DNA of 64,000 nucleotides from a virus: positions 1 to 64,000 of the IMG/VR virus record IMGVR_UViG_3300009701_000001. The stretch is one strand, 5' to 3'. A program made the position numbers and the translations under genes. Below the pieces are notes generated by a model. It worked only from the letters and a program-made list of their open reading frames with translations. It searched no databases and was not told the DNA's origin. Positions 5,936 to 15,709 of this stretch are shown piece after piece (position 1 is the first letter of the stretch; each line of letters starts with the position of its first letter).

Positions 5936-8200
5936 ATGAGCGAGCAAAATGATAACTCATTGTACACTACAGAGCAGACTCCAACTATTTCGACAGGCTG
6001 GGATTCACCTCCCACACTTGCTGAATTAAGGAGTGACTTTGAAAGTGCAAAGCCTTCCCGTGATTCTCAAGTTGCCCAGATTGAAATCTGGAACCAGTAT
6101 CGTAAAGGTACGGGATCAGCTGGAGCAAAGACACAGGAAGGACAATCAAAGGTTGTGCCGAAGCTTATTAAGAAACAAGCTGAGTGGCGTTACCCTGCTT
6201 TGTCTGAACCTTTCTTATCTATCCCAGACTTATTTAAAGTCTCGCCTGTAAGTTGGGAAGATCAGCAAGGTGCAATTCAAAATGGTTTAGTTCTCAATAA
6301 CCAATTTAATACAGTAATCGACCGAGTTGCATTCATTGATGAATTCGTGCGAGACAATGTAGATAACGGTACAGCTGTTATTCGTGTTGGTTGGGATTAT
6401 CAAACTCAGAAAGCAGAGAGAGAAGATCCTATCTATGCTTATGCTGTAGACGCTTCAATGATGCAAGCCTATCAAGAAATGGCTACAGTTGAAGAACAGA
6501 ACCCTGTGCTTTTACAGAATTATCCCCAAGAATTACAGGATGGGTATGATATCTTTAAACAGACACAAACTCCGTACAGATTACAACAAACGGGTACTCA
6601 GATTGTTGAGTACGATAAAGTTATTCGAAACTGTCCAACAGTTGAGATGTGTAATCTCTCTAACCTTTACGTAGATCCTGCCTGTGCAGGTGATGTGAAT
6701 AAAGCCAAGTTTATTATCTATAGCTTTGAAACATCATCTTCTGAATTGAAAGCGTCAGGACTCTACCAGAACCTGGATAAAATCAATGTCAGCAATAGCT
6801 CACCAATTACGTCAGAAAATTTCGTTACAAATTCAGATGATCCAAGCTACCAACCAGAGGGTAAGGCTAGGAAAAGAATTGTGGCTCATGAGTATTGGGG
6901 ATCTTGGGATATTGACGGTACTGGTATTCTACGTCCTATTGTAGCCACATGGGTCGGTAACGTTCTTATCCGTATGGAAGATAACCCTTACCCAGATGGT
7001 AAACCCCCATTTGTAGTAACTAAGTATCGTCCGATCTCTAAGAAGTTATACGGCGAACCAGATGCTGAATTACTTAAGGATAACCAAGATATTATCGGAG
7101 CTGTTACCCGTGGTATGTTGGATCTATTGGGTAAATCTGCAAATGGTCAAACTGGTTTTACAAAGGGTGCATTAGACTCCACAAACAAAACCCGATTTAG
7201 TCGTGGTGAAGATTTCGAAATTAACCCAGGTCAGAATGCTCAGACTGCTATCCAGCAACTTAAGTATCCTGATATTCCTGTGTCAGCCCAGTACATGTTA
7301 TCCCTCATGAATACTGATGCCGAATCCTTGACTGGTGTTAAAGCCTTTAGTGGTGCAGAAGGTATTTCTGGTGCTGGTTTAGGTGCAACAGCTGCTGGGG
7401 TACGTGGAGCATTAGATGCAGCTTCTAAACGTGAGATGGCTATTCTTCGTCGTCTGTCCAATGGGGTAGTTGAAATTGGACGTAAGATTCTAGCAATGAA
7501 TGCCCTCTGGCTTAACGAGGAAGAAGTTGTTCGTGTAACTGAGGAACAGTTTATTCCAGTTCGTCGAGATGACTTAGCAGGTAACTATGATATTAACCTG
7601 ACTATCTCTACGGCAGAACAGGATGAAGCCAAAGCTCAGGAACTGGCTATGATGATCCAGACATTAGGTAATAACGTTGATTGGTCCATTACTCAGATGA
7701 TACTTACTGAGATTGCCCGTTTACGTAAGATGCCTGAACTGGCTCATAAATTACTTAATTACCAACCTCAACCTGATCCAATGCAACAGAAAATGCAAGA
7801 ACTCCAGATGCAACTTCTGCAATCTGAGATTCAACTTAATCTGTCTCAAGCTAATGAGAACGGTAGTAAAGCAAATCTGGCTGCAACTAAGATTGGCACA
7901 GAGCAAGTTAAACAAGGTCATGTGCAGTCTCAGACTGATAAGAACAACCTTGAATTCTTACAAAGCCAGAATGGTGTTAAACATCAGCAAAGTATGGAAT
8001 TGGAAGAAGCCAAGGGTAATACACAACTTGCAACGGAAGCTCTTAAACAGAGTGGCAATATGGCTGCAATTGGGCAACAACATAATATGAACCTTCTGCA
8101 AAACCATGCGAAGATTGATATGACCCATAAAAGTGCATTACAGCAAATGCGTGCTCAAGCATCTTTAGCACCTAAGCAACCTGCTGGTTCTAGTAAGTAA
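5936..8200 (+). CDS. portal protein (N4 gp59 position)
   Basis: 754-aa ORF opening the head-morphogenesis run (portal, small ORF, acidic scaffold-like protein, capsid). Size and order match N4-like phages. The last ~145 aa are a Gln-rich helical-looking extension. Confidence 0.75.
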   Translation: MSEQNDNSLYTTEQTPTISTGWDSPPTLAELRSDFESAKPSRDSQVAQIEIWNQYRKGTGSAGAKTQEGQSKVVPKLIKKQAEWRYPALSEPFLSIPDLFKVSPVSWEDQQGAIQNGLVLNNQFNTVIDRVAFIDEFVRDNVDNGTAVIRVGWDYQTQKAEREDPIYAYAVDASMMQAYQEMATVEEQNPVLLQNYPQELQDGYDIFKQTQTPYRLQQTGTQIVEYDKVIRNCPTVEMCNLSNLYVDPACAGDVNKAKFIIYSFETSSSELKASGLYQNLDKINVSNSSPITSENFVTNSDDPSYQPEGKARKRIVAHEYWGSWDIDGTGILRPIVATWVGNVLIRMEDNPYPDGKPPFVVTKYRPISKKLYGEPDAELLKDNQDIIGAVTRGMLDLLGKSANGQTGFTKGALDSTNKTRFSRGEDFEINPGQNAQTAIQQLKYPDIPVSAQYMLSLMNTDAESLTGVKAFSGAEGISGAGLGATAAGVRGALDAASKREMAILRRLSNGVVEIGRKILAMNALWLNEEEVVRVTEEQFIPVRRDDLAGNYDINLTISTAEQDEAKAQELAMMIQTLGNNVDWSITQMILTEIARLRKMPELAHKLLNYQPQPDPMQQKMQELQMQLLQSEIQLNLSQANENGSKANLAATKIGTEQVKQGHVQSQTDKNNLEFLQSQNGVKHQQSMELEEAKGNTQLATEALKQSGNMAAIGQQHNMNLLQNHAKIDMTHKSALQQMRAQASLAPKQPAGSSK

Positions 8201-8270
8201 TTTAAGTAAAACGGTAGGCAGATTGGATAATTTATTGTATTGTCCACCTGCCTACACTTAAGAGGTTTAT

Positions 8271-8591
8271 ATGACACCTTCGTCAGATGAGATTTTAATT
8301 GAAGCTCAACAAGCTAACCAACGTGTTGCACGTTCGGATGCTATGCAGCGTTTATTTTCTAATCAGGATTTTAATCTTCTTTTTAGAGATGATTATTTAA
8401 AAAGCCGAGTCATTGAATTAGTAAAAGCTCGTTCTTTACCTAATACTGATTTAGAACAAAATGCTAAAGAGTTAGATGCTATCTCATACTTAGATAAGTT
8501 TATAAGTGACATTTTGTCAGACGGGCCACTGGCTAAAGACGAGTATCTCGAAAAAAGCCATGCCTATGAACAATCGTTTATTAAGGAATAA
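8271..8591 (+). CDS. hypothetical head-module protein
   Basis: 106-aa ORF with AAGAGG SD, tightly packed between the portal and scaffold-like genes. Confidence 0.5.
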   Translation: MTPSSDEILIEAQQANQRVARSDAMQRLFSNQDFNLLFRDDYLKSRVIELVKARSLPNTDLEQNAKELDAISYLDKFISDILSDGPLAKDEYLEKSHAYEQSFIKE

Positions 8592-8596
8592 AACCT

Positions 8597-9766
8597 ATGA
8601 GTAACCCAGCTGAGCAACTACAGCCCCTGAATATTTTCTCAATGTCAGAGGATGAATTAAGCAAGCTTGATCCTTCTCAGTTTGAACAGCAAGCTCAAGC
8701 ATCCCAAAATCCTGTGATAGAGGAAGAAGTAGATCCTGCTCTTACTGACCCGGAGAACCCAGAAGGTAATCCAGATAATACAGAAGAGACAGAAGATGAA
8801 CAGGATGAAGAAGATAATGCCACTGAGCAAGAAGTTCCTGATGGTTCTGGTGATACTCCATCTGCTAAGGGTAAAACCCCTGTAGCCCCAGAAGCTGATA
8901 AACCAGCTAAGACTGATCCTGCCGCTCCTTCTGTGCCTGACTACAAAGAGTTTTATGAGTCCTTAATTGGAACTCCTATCAAAGCTAATGGTACTGATTT
9001 GGTTCTCAAATCCAAAGAAGATATCATTCAGCTAATTCAGATGGGTGCTGGCTTCCAAGCTAAGATGACTGCATTAAAACCAGTTCGTCGCGTTGTGAGT
9101 ATGCTTGAGCAAAATGGTATTAAGGGTGAGGAAGCAATCGGTCATTTGATTGATCTGCATAATAAGAAACCCGAAGCTATTGCCAAGTTGGTTAAGGACA
9201 GCGGAATTGATTTGTATGAGTTCGACTTAGGTCAAGCTGATTCATATAAGCCTACGCACCAAGCCCCATCTGATGTGCAGATTGATACCGGTGATACCAT
9301 TCAAGAATTAACCCAGAACAACCCTAATTTCACAGGGATGTTAAATAGTATTGTTTCTGAATGGGATATGGAAAGTCAAAATCATCTTGCTGCTAATCCA
9401 CATCTTCTGCGTATTCTTGATGGTGAGCAACGTAAGGGTAATTACGACAAAGTAATCAGTGCTATTAAACAAGCACAAACTTTTGGTCGTGTGCCAGCTG
9501 GTGTACCAATGTTATCCCTGTACGGCCAATTCGAAGCTGAATTAAGCCAGGGTGGTTTACTTAATGCTGCTCCTGTTGCACCAACAACTCAGCAAGCTCC
9601 TTTGTCTCAGTTGAAACAAACTAAGCAACCTGCTGAAAATAAAAACCGTGCTCGTGCTGCATCTCCAAGATCAGTTCCAGTAACTAAATCTCCAACTCCT
9701 GCAAATATCTTTTCACTCTCTGATGAAGAGTTTGATAAGATTGATGCAACTCAATTTACTAAGTAA
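8597..9766 (+). CDS. scaffold-like acidic protein (N4 gp57 position)
   Basis: 389 aa directly upstream of the capsid gene. It has a long acidic/Pro-rich disordered segment (EEEVDPALTDPENPEGNPDNTEETEDEQDEEDN). Nearly the same 22-aa motif occurs at both termini (LNIFSMSEDELSKLDPSQFEQ / ANIFSLSDEEFDKIDATQFTK). Confidence 0.45.
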   Translation: MSNPAEQLQPLNIFSMSEDELSKLDPSQFEQQAQASQNPVIEEEVDPALTDPENPEGNPDNTEETEDEQDEEDNATEQEVPDGSGDTPSAKGKTPVAPEADKPAKTDPAAPSVPDYKEFYESLIGTPIKANGTDLVLKSKEDIIQLIQMGAGFQAKMTALKPVRRVVSMLEQNGIKGEEAIGHLIDLHNKKPEAIAKLVKDSGIDLYEFDLGQADSYKPTHQAPSDVQIDTGDTIQELTQNNPNFTGMLNSIVSEWDMESQNHLAANPHLLRILDGEQRKGNYDKVISAIKQAQTFGRVPAGVPMLSLYGQFEAELSQGGLLNAAPVAPTTQQAPLSQLKQTKQPAENKNRARAASPRSVPVTKSPTPANIFSLSDEEFDKIDATQFTK

Positions 9767-9778
9767 GAGGTTTACTCA

Positions 9779-10951
9779 ATGTCTCATCAATATAATGATC
9801 CCGCTGGTGGCATTCCGTCCACGATTGGTCCACAGATTGTTAACCATTACTACGAGCGTAAAGCTTTAGTAGAAGCGAAGAAAATTCAATTCTTCACTCA
9901 GATGGCAACATCTAAAACCATTCCGGCTAATTTTGGCAAAGAACTGAAAATGTATCACTACATGCCTATTCTTGATGATCGTAACGTCAATGATCAGGGT
10001 ATTGATGCACAGGGTGCTAAAATCGAAAATGGTAACCTATATGGTTCCTCTACCGATATTGGTTTGATTCCTGACCGTATGCCTTTGCTGGGCGAGAACG
10101 GTGGGCGTGTTAACCGTGTTGGTGCAACTCGTATCGAAATCAAAGGTACTTTCGAGAAGTTTGGTTTCTTCACCGAATACACTCGTGATTCCCTGAACTT
10201 TGATAGTGACCCAGATTTGCTGCAACATCTGAATACTGAGATCATGATTGCTGCATCTCAGGCTACAGAAGATGCCCTGCAAATTGACCTGATCAACAAC
10301 GCCGGTACTATCCGTTATGCAGGTGAAGCTACTCAACGTAGTGAAATCAAAGCAGGTGACGTAGTTACTTACGCTGATCTGATGAAGCTGGGTATCGATC
10401 TGGATAAGAACCGTACCCCGAAGAAAACTACTCTGCTTTCTGGTACTCGTAATATCGACACCCGTACCATTCCTGCTGCACGCTATATGTTCATCGGTTC
10501 TGAACTTCTGCCAACGCTTCGAGCGATGACCGATCTGCATGGCCTGCCTGCTTATATTCCAGTTGAGAAATATGCTGCTGGTACAAGTCTGGCCGAGGGT
10601 GAGGTAGGTTCTGTTGACGGTTTCCGTTTCATCGTTAACCAGAATATGTTCAAGTGGAGCGGTGGTGGTGCAGTATTGGCCGCAGGTGATGATGCTGTGT
10701 ATTACAACAACGGTACGAATTACGATGTACTGCCTATGTTGTGTATCGGTGACGAATCCTTCGCTACCATCACGTTTAAAACTTCTGGTAATAACGTGAA
10801 GTGGGAAGTTAACCATAAGAAACCTGGTGAGAACATTGACCGTCTGGATCCGTATGGTGAAACCGGCTTTATCTCTATTCGTTGGTTCTACGGTTTCATG
10901 GCTCTGCGTCCAGAACGTTTGGCACTGATCCTGACCGCAGCTAAGATGTAA
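9779..10951 (+). CDS. major capsid protein (N4 gp56 position)
   Basis: 390 aa with AAGAGG SD and strongly biased codons (CGT, GGT, CTG, ACC). It is followed by the best terminator in the window. Size and position are typical of an HK97-fold capsid protein. The call rests on synteny and expression signals. Confidence 0.75.
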   Translation: MSHQYNDPAGGIPSTIGPQIVNHYYERKALVEAKKIQFFTQMATSKTIPANFGKELKMYHYMPILDDRNVNDQGIDAQGAKIENGNLYGSSTDIGLIPDRMPLLGENGGRVNRVGATRIEIKGTFEKFGFFTEYTRDSLNFDSDPDLLQHLNTEIMIAASQATEDALQIDLINNAGTIRYAGEATQRSEIKAGDVVTYADLMKLGIDLDKNRTPKKTTLLSGTRNIDTRTIPAARYMFIGSELLPTLRAMTDLHGLPAYIPVEKYAAGTSLAEGEVGSVDGFRFIVNQNMFKWSGGGAVLAAGDDAVYYNNGTNYDVLPMLCIGDESFATITFKTSGNNVKWEVNHKKPGENIDRLDPYGETGFISIRWFYGFMALRPERLALILTAAKM

Positions 10952-10985
10952 TACTGGTTTCCAGTTAAACATTAAGCTAAGCTAC

Positions 10986-11017
10986 AGACCGAGGCTAAAT
11001 ACCTCGGTCTTTTTTAT
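10986..11017 (+). terminator. intrinsic terminator after the capsid gene
   Basis: AGACCGAGG-ctaaata-CCTCGGTCT (9-bp stem) followed by TTTTTTATTT. Confidence 0.85.
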
Positions 11018-11041
11018 TTAAACTCAAGAGGAAACAAAATT

Positions 11042-11596
11042 ATGTCACAGGAAAATGAAACTGAATTGCACCCAAATGAACTGGAAGCATTGAAGTCAAA
11101 AGCTACCTTTATGGGTATTACCTTCCACCCTAATATTGGGGTAGACACCCTACGTGCTAAAATCCACGAAAAGCTTAGCGGTGAAATTGTTAAGTCCGAA
11201 TCTCCTGTTGATGAAACAGAAGGTCAACGCCGAAGCCGTATAGCCAAGAAAGCACGAAGTCTTGTACGTTGTGTTATCCATTGTGCAGATCCTTCCAAGC
11301 GTGAATGGCCCGGTGAAGTCTTTACTGTATCGAACTCTTTAGTGGGAACCATTAAACGCTATATTCCATATGGTTCAGAATCTCCCACCCATATTGAACA
11401 GTTGCTACTTAATACGCTGCTTGAAAAGCGTGTTGCAATTGGTACCTCCAAGCCAGGTAAGAATGGGGTTCCACGTCGAATCGTTAAATCGATTCCAGCT
11501 TTTAATATTACTGTTATGCCTGCACTAACCCCAGATGAATTGCAGAACTTGGCAAAAAACCAAGCTGTGCGTAATGCTACTTCTGACGACGAGTAA
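11042..11596 (+). CDS. hypothetical virion-module protein
   Basis: 184-aa ORF with AGAGGA SD, between two terminators in the late operon (N4 gp55 position). Confidence 0.5.
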   Translation: MSQENETELHPNELEALKSKATFMGITFHPNIGVDTLRAKIHEKLSGEIVKSESPVDETEGQRRSRIAKKARSLVRCVIHCADPSKREWPGEVFTVSNSLVGTIKRYIPYGSESPTHIEQLLLNTLLEKRVAIGTSKPGKNGVPRRIVKSIPAFNITVMPALTPDELQNLAKNQAVRNATSDDE

Positions 11597-11604
11597 TTAA
11601 CCCT

Positions 11605-12534
11605 ATGTCTAATGTAACTATTCAACAAGCTACATTGGAAGGGGAATTGGATATCACTGACCTCACTACCAGTAAACTTGATGGTACTGGGGTTTTTGAT
11701 AAGTTACTTGAGACAGCAAGGGTTCACTTAGATAACCAATTTAAGCAGGGCTATATTCGTGGCCCTGAGTATGCAACGGTCTATCTGGGTATGTTCCAAG
11801 CTGTGCTTTCTGAGGCAACACAATTCCTTTTATCCAAAGAACGTCAGGCATTAGAACTCAAAGGTCTTGAGCTTCAAAATGAACTGGCACAGGCTCAGAT
11901 TGACCAGATCCATGATCAGATGCAGAAAACACCACTTGAGATTGAACAACTCAAAGCAGGTACTGCAAATACTCTGGCTCAAACCGAAGGCGTAGTCAAA
12001 GAAACAGAAATGAAGCAATATCAGTTGGATAATCTATATCCTGCCCAACTGGCTCAGGCTAAAGCCCAAACTGATAATGTGATTAAAGATACGGATCTGA
12101 AACAGTATCAAATTGACTTCCTGTACCCAGCACAATTGGAGAATGCTAATAAGCAGAATGACTTGCTTGCAGCACAAATCCTAAACCAGACTAAACAACT
12201 GGATCTGTTGTCTGAACAGGTAAACCAAGCTAAGGCACAGACTCAGTACTATGCTCAGAAAGTAGTAACTGAGAAAGCTCAGACTGATGCCACAGTAATT
12301 GGTAATGGTTCTGTTGTTGGTGTTCAAGTTGACCTTATGAATGCCCAGAAAGATGGGTATAAGCGAAATGCAGAACAGCAATTTGCACAGATCATGTCTA
12401 ACAGTTGGAACGTTCGAAGACAGACTGATGAAGATACCTCAGCTAACTCTACCAACTTGTTGGACGATGCTACAGTCGGTAAAGCCATTCAAACTATGGC
12501 TAGTGGTGTTGGTATTATTCTTACACCTACATAA
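11605..12534 (+). CDS. coiled-coil virion protein with a tandem 28-aa repeat (N4 gp54 position)
   Basis: 309 aa, Gln/Ala/Leu-rich heptad-like sequence. Tandem repeat VKETEMKQYQLDNLYPAQLAQAKAQTDN / IKDTDLKQYQIDFLYPAQLENANKQNDL. Confidence 0.5.
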   Translation: MSNVTIQQATLEGELDITDLTTSKLDGTGVFDKLLETARVHLDNQFKQGYIRGPEYATVYLGMFQAVLSEATQFLLSKERQALELKGLELQNELAQAQIDQIHDQMQKTPLEIEQLKAGTANTLAQTEGVVKETEMKQYQLDNLYPAQLAQAKAQTDNVIKDTDLKQYQIDFLYPAQLENANKQNDLLAAQILNQTKQLDLLSEQVNQAKAQTQYYAQKVVTEKAQTDATVIGNGSVVGVQVDLMNAQKDGYKRNAEQQFAQIMSNSWNVRRQTDEDTSANSTNLLDDATVGKAIQTMASGVGIILTPT

Positions 12535-12550
12535 AAGTAATGTAGTATAC

Positions 12551-12576
12551 AGGGTGCTTCGGCACCCTTTTTTATT
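12551..12576 (+). terminator. intrinsic terminator
   Basis: AGGGTGC-ttcg-GCACCCT followed by TTTTTTATT. Confidence 0.85.
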
Positions 12577-12587
12577 GGAGAGTATTA

Positions 12588-15236
12588 ATGGGTTTATTTG
12601 GTGGTAAGAGTAAGACATACCGTGATGTATCTTTTGCTCGTATGATTGACGATGCATATTTGCCTGATGTTATAGGTCAAGCAATTATGAAATATATCCT
12701 TGATCCTACAAACACAGAAAGCATGACAGACTTAATGATGGAGTATGGTCAGAAAAGTTTGGACAAGTCCTATAATGCTATCTATCGCTGGGCTAAGAAA
12801 CCGGGTAAATATTACTATGGTGTACCTGTTGCTGCTGAAATTAATGAATCTGATTTCACTGGTTCAGAACAACTATCTACAGTTCTTAAGCAAGTTTCAG
12901 GCCAAGCTAACTTAAATATTATTTATAGTCGTTTTGGGACTATAAATTACAGACATGGTGCATGGCAAACCGGTGTATCAACTTACGGGTATAATCCCAC
13001 ATCTAATGAACTCACAGCATTAACTGGTGCCGTGGGGGCTACTTGTTATCTATACGATATGCAGACTCATTTTGCATCCTCTACCTTACAGTGGGCAGTA
13101 TCTGATGTTACTTCTCAATATGGGTTACCACCGCAAGGGGGACAAACACAGAAAAGAACACAAGATTACAGTAGACCAGATACCCCATATGTAGAGGATA
13201 AATCTGTAACTAATAACTTTGTTTTGATTGGTTATACTTTTAGGGGTACACAAACTATAACGCAGATCGTTACTACAACAACTGTAATTACTACAGTTAA
13301 AACCCCTAAGAATGATGGCTCAGGAGAATACGATGAAACAACTTCCCAGACTTCAAGTAGTGATACAAAAACAACTACTGATCTAGGAGGTATAACAATA
13401 CCTGAAAATATTGTGGATGTTTCCCAAGTCTCTACAAATACCACAAATAGTACAGACTCTGATCCAGATAAAACTAATGAAAGTACTGACCCAAATGGTG
13501 TTATTACTGAGGTCGTTACTCAAGTTAAACGTGATACTTCCATTAATGTAACTGTACTGGATGTGATCGCTACAACCACAATTACTACAGGTAAGTACGA
13601 TTTTGTTGCCCCTACTAATGTGGACACAGGTACGGTACTTGATGATGACGATATGGGTAATTACGATCCGGATGCACCCTTAGATCCAAGTGGTGAACCA
13701 GAAGGAAATGATCCAGACTTTTATCAGGTTTGTTATCAGTACACTGATGCTGGAGGTAAAATTCATACTGGTTATTTTACCTATGAATACGGTTCAGGAA
13801 TCTACCCTAGCTTAGATGGAATTGTACCTACCCAAGTTGCGGATGCTGGCTCATACTTCCCTAGAATTTATGCACGTTTGGATGGTAATCGTTTAAACCA
13901 AGATAAGTACAAGGATACTGATGCTTATAAATCTTCGAGAAAACTGGGGAATAAACTAGGTATTCAGTGGGAGAGTATGGTTGATAGTTTACATGATGCG
14001 ATAGGTTCTTTAGATAAAGTAAGGGATATTTTTATTACTATGTGTGTCCCTGCAAATACTACCGTTCCTATTGAGCAACGTTATTTATACGAGTACTTTA
14101 AGCTTTTATATAACCTATACAAACCTGTAGATCCTCCACCAAAACCAGGCAGTGAAGCTGAGCTGTGGAATGCACATACAGGTACTGGAATAATTGCAAC
14201 AGATGCGGCTCTGTCTACTAAACTTTTCTTCGATGCAATGGGATTAAAAACTGTAGATGGTGTACTTACCGAAGGCGCATATCAGTCTGGTTACATGGGT
14301 GATAGTGCAGAAGGTAAAGCCCACCACTACTTTAGATTTCAAATCTCAGATACCCAGTACGAGGAAGTTCGTGTTTGGGGTCTAGGATCATCTGTATCTA
14401 TTGGGGGTAATTGGCAAGGAGCAAGAACAACCGAAGAAAGTCTTATGGTTCCTTTGGACTATGCATTTAGAAATAGTTTTAGCCCTAAAGAACGTGAACA
14501 GCTTTATGCAAGATCTCTACATATTGCAATTACTACAGAATACACAGTAAAAACCAAATGGTATCAAACTGGCCCATTCAAAATTGTGGTCACAGCAATT
14601 GCTGTAGTTGCTTCTTGGTGGACAGGCGGGGCATCTCTAACCCTTGTAGCAGCCTTAACCGCAGTAGCTACAGCAGTTGGTATGCAGATTGCATTCTCTC
14701 TGGCTTCTAAGTATATCTTTAGTAAGTTGGGTGGGTGGTTTGCTGTGCTAGCTCTTGTAATTGCTGTAGCCGCAGCTGTGTATACAGGTTACGTTGCTGT
14801 ATCTGGAACCACCGGTGCTTTTAGTTTAACGGCACAGCAACTAATGAGTGCTACAAATGTTGCCTTTAAAGTTCAACAATCTGCCCAGCAAGGACAGATG
14901 ATACAGGTGCAAAAAGACCTTAAAGATATCCAAGATGAAATGGCAGATAAGAATGAAGAACTTAAATCCGCACAGGATCTCTTACAGAATCCTTCGAGTG
15001 GTATCCCAGATTCTGTCTTCTTATCAGCTAGTTCTGGTTTTTCTTATTTGGGTGAGACACCGGAAGATTACTATTCTCGTTCTCTGAATACTAATCCAGG
15101 TCTAATAGCTTTACCTATTGCTGATGTGTACTACGCAATGAGTTTGTCCTTACCAACGCCAGTATCAATTTTCCAGCAAATGCAGCAAAATAACGAAAGA
15201 CCGTTTGATCTAAACGAAGACCTATACAATATCTAG
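12588..15236 (+). CDS. large virion protein with Thr-rich segment and C-terminal transmembrane cluster (candidate ejection/channel protein, N4 gp53 position)
   Basis: 882 aa. Thr/Ser-rich block ITQIVTTTTVITTVKTP...SSSDTKTTTDLGG. Three to four consecutive hydrophobic helices lie near the C terminus (FKIVVTAIAVVASWWTGGASLTLVAALTAVATAVGMQIAFSLA...WFAVLALVIAVAAAVYTGYVAV). Confidence 0.5.
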   Translation: MGLFGGKSKTYRDVSFARMIDDAYLPDVIGQAIMKYILDPTNTESMTDLMMEYGQKSLDKSYNAIYRWAKKPGKYYYGVPVAAEINESDFTGSEQLSTVLKQVSGQANLNIIYSRFGTINYRHGAWQTGVSTYGYNPTSNELTALTGAVGATCYLYDMQTHFASSTLQWAVSDVTSQYGLPPQGGQTQKRTQDYSRPDTPYVEDKSVTNNFVLIGYTFRGTQTITQIVTTTTVITTVKTPKNDGSGEYDETTSQTSSSDTKTTTDLGGITIPENIVDVSQVSTNTTNSTDSDPDKTNESTDPNGVITEVVTQVKRDTSINVTVLDVIATTTITTGKYDFVAPTNVDTGTVLDDDDMGNYDPDAPLDPSGEPEGNDPDFYQVCYQYTDAGGKIHTGYFTYEYGSGIYPSLDGIVPTQVADAGSYFPRIYARLDGNRLNQDKYKDTDAYKSSRKLGNKLGIQWESMVDSLHDAIGSLDKVRDIFITMCVPANTTVPIEQRYLYEYFKLLYNLYKPVDPPPKPGSEAELWNAHTGTGIIATDAALSTKLFFDAMGLKTVDGVLTEGAYQSGYMGDSAEGKAHHYFRFQISDTQYEEVRVWGLGSSVSIGGNWQGARTTEESLMVPLDYAFRNSFSPKEREQLYARSLHIAITTEYTVKTKWYQTGPFKIVVTAIAVVASWWTGGASLTLVAALTAVATAVGMQIAFSLASKYIFSKLGGWFAVLALVIAVAAAVYTGYVAVSGTTGAFSLTAQQLMSATNVAFKVQQSAQQGQMIQVQKDLKDIQDEMADKNEELKSAQDLLQNPSSGIPDSVFLSASSGFSYLGETPEDYYSRSLNTNPGLIALPIADVYYAMSLSLPTPVSIFQQMQQNNERPFDLNEDLYNI

Positions 15237-15244
15237 GAGGCAGT

Positions 15245-15709
15245 ATGAGTATGTTTGATACCCTGAATAATCAGGGATATGGTGGCTACCAAAATGGTTT
15301 GTCAGGTTTAGGTTTTGGTTCCCAAGGTTCTGGTGGATTTGATCCCAGTTCTATTTTAGGCGGGTCAAATGGAACTCAAGGTGCAGGAAATTCCCTAGGT
15401 ACCTTTGGTAGTTCTCTAACTAACTTTGGTAATTCCGCTTCTGGTATTGGTGATTTATCTACCCTTCAATTGGGTCAGTTGGGTATTGGTGGTTTGACTG
15501 GATTAGCTAATGGCTATCTTGGTTTCCAGAATATGGGTCTAGCCAAAAGACAAGCAGCACAGGCACAGAACAATTTTAATACCCAGTGGAATGCTAATGT
15601 GAAGTCTACTAATGCTTCCCTATCTGATCGACAAGCAGCTCGTGTGGCAAGTAATCCTAATGCCTACGAGTCAGTTGACTCCTACATGAAAAAATATGGA
15701 ATCTCTTAA
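15245..15709 (+). CDS. Gly/Ser/Asn-rich low-complexity virion protein (N4 gp52 position)
   Basis: 154 aa with GGAGG SD. Composition example: GYGGYQNGLSGLGFGSQGSGGFDPSSILGGSNGTQGAGNSLGTFGSS. Confidence 0.45.
   Translation: MSMFDTLNNQGYGGYQNGLSGLGFGSQGSGGFDPSSILGGSNGTQGAGNSLGTFGSSLTNFGNSASGIGDLSTLQLGQLGIGGLTGLANGYLGFQNMGLAKRQAAQAQNNFNTQWNANVKSTNASLSDRQAARVASNPNAYESVDSYMKKYGIS

Noticed and set aside
10037-10972. 311-aa ORF on the - strand
   Set aside because: It is fully antisense to the major capsid gene, has no SD, and has odd composition (Cys/Thr/Gln/His-rich). It is a shadow ORF of a strongly codon-biased gene.
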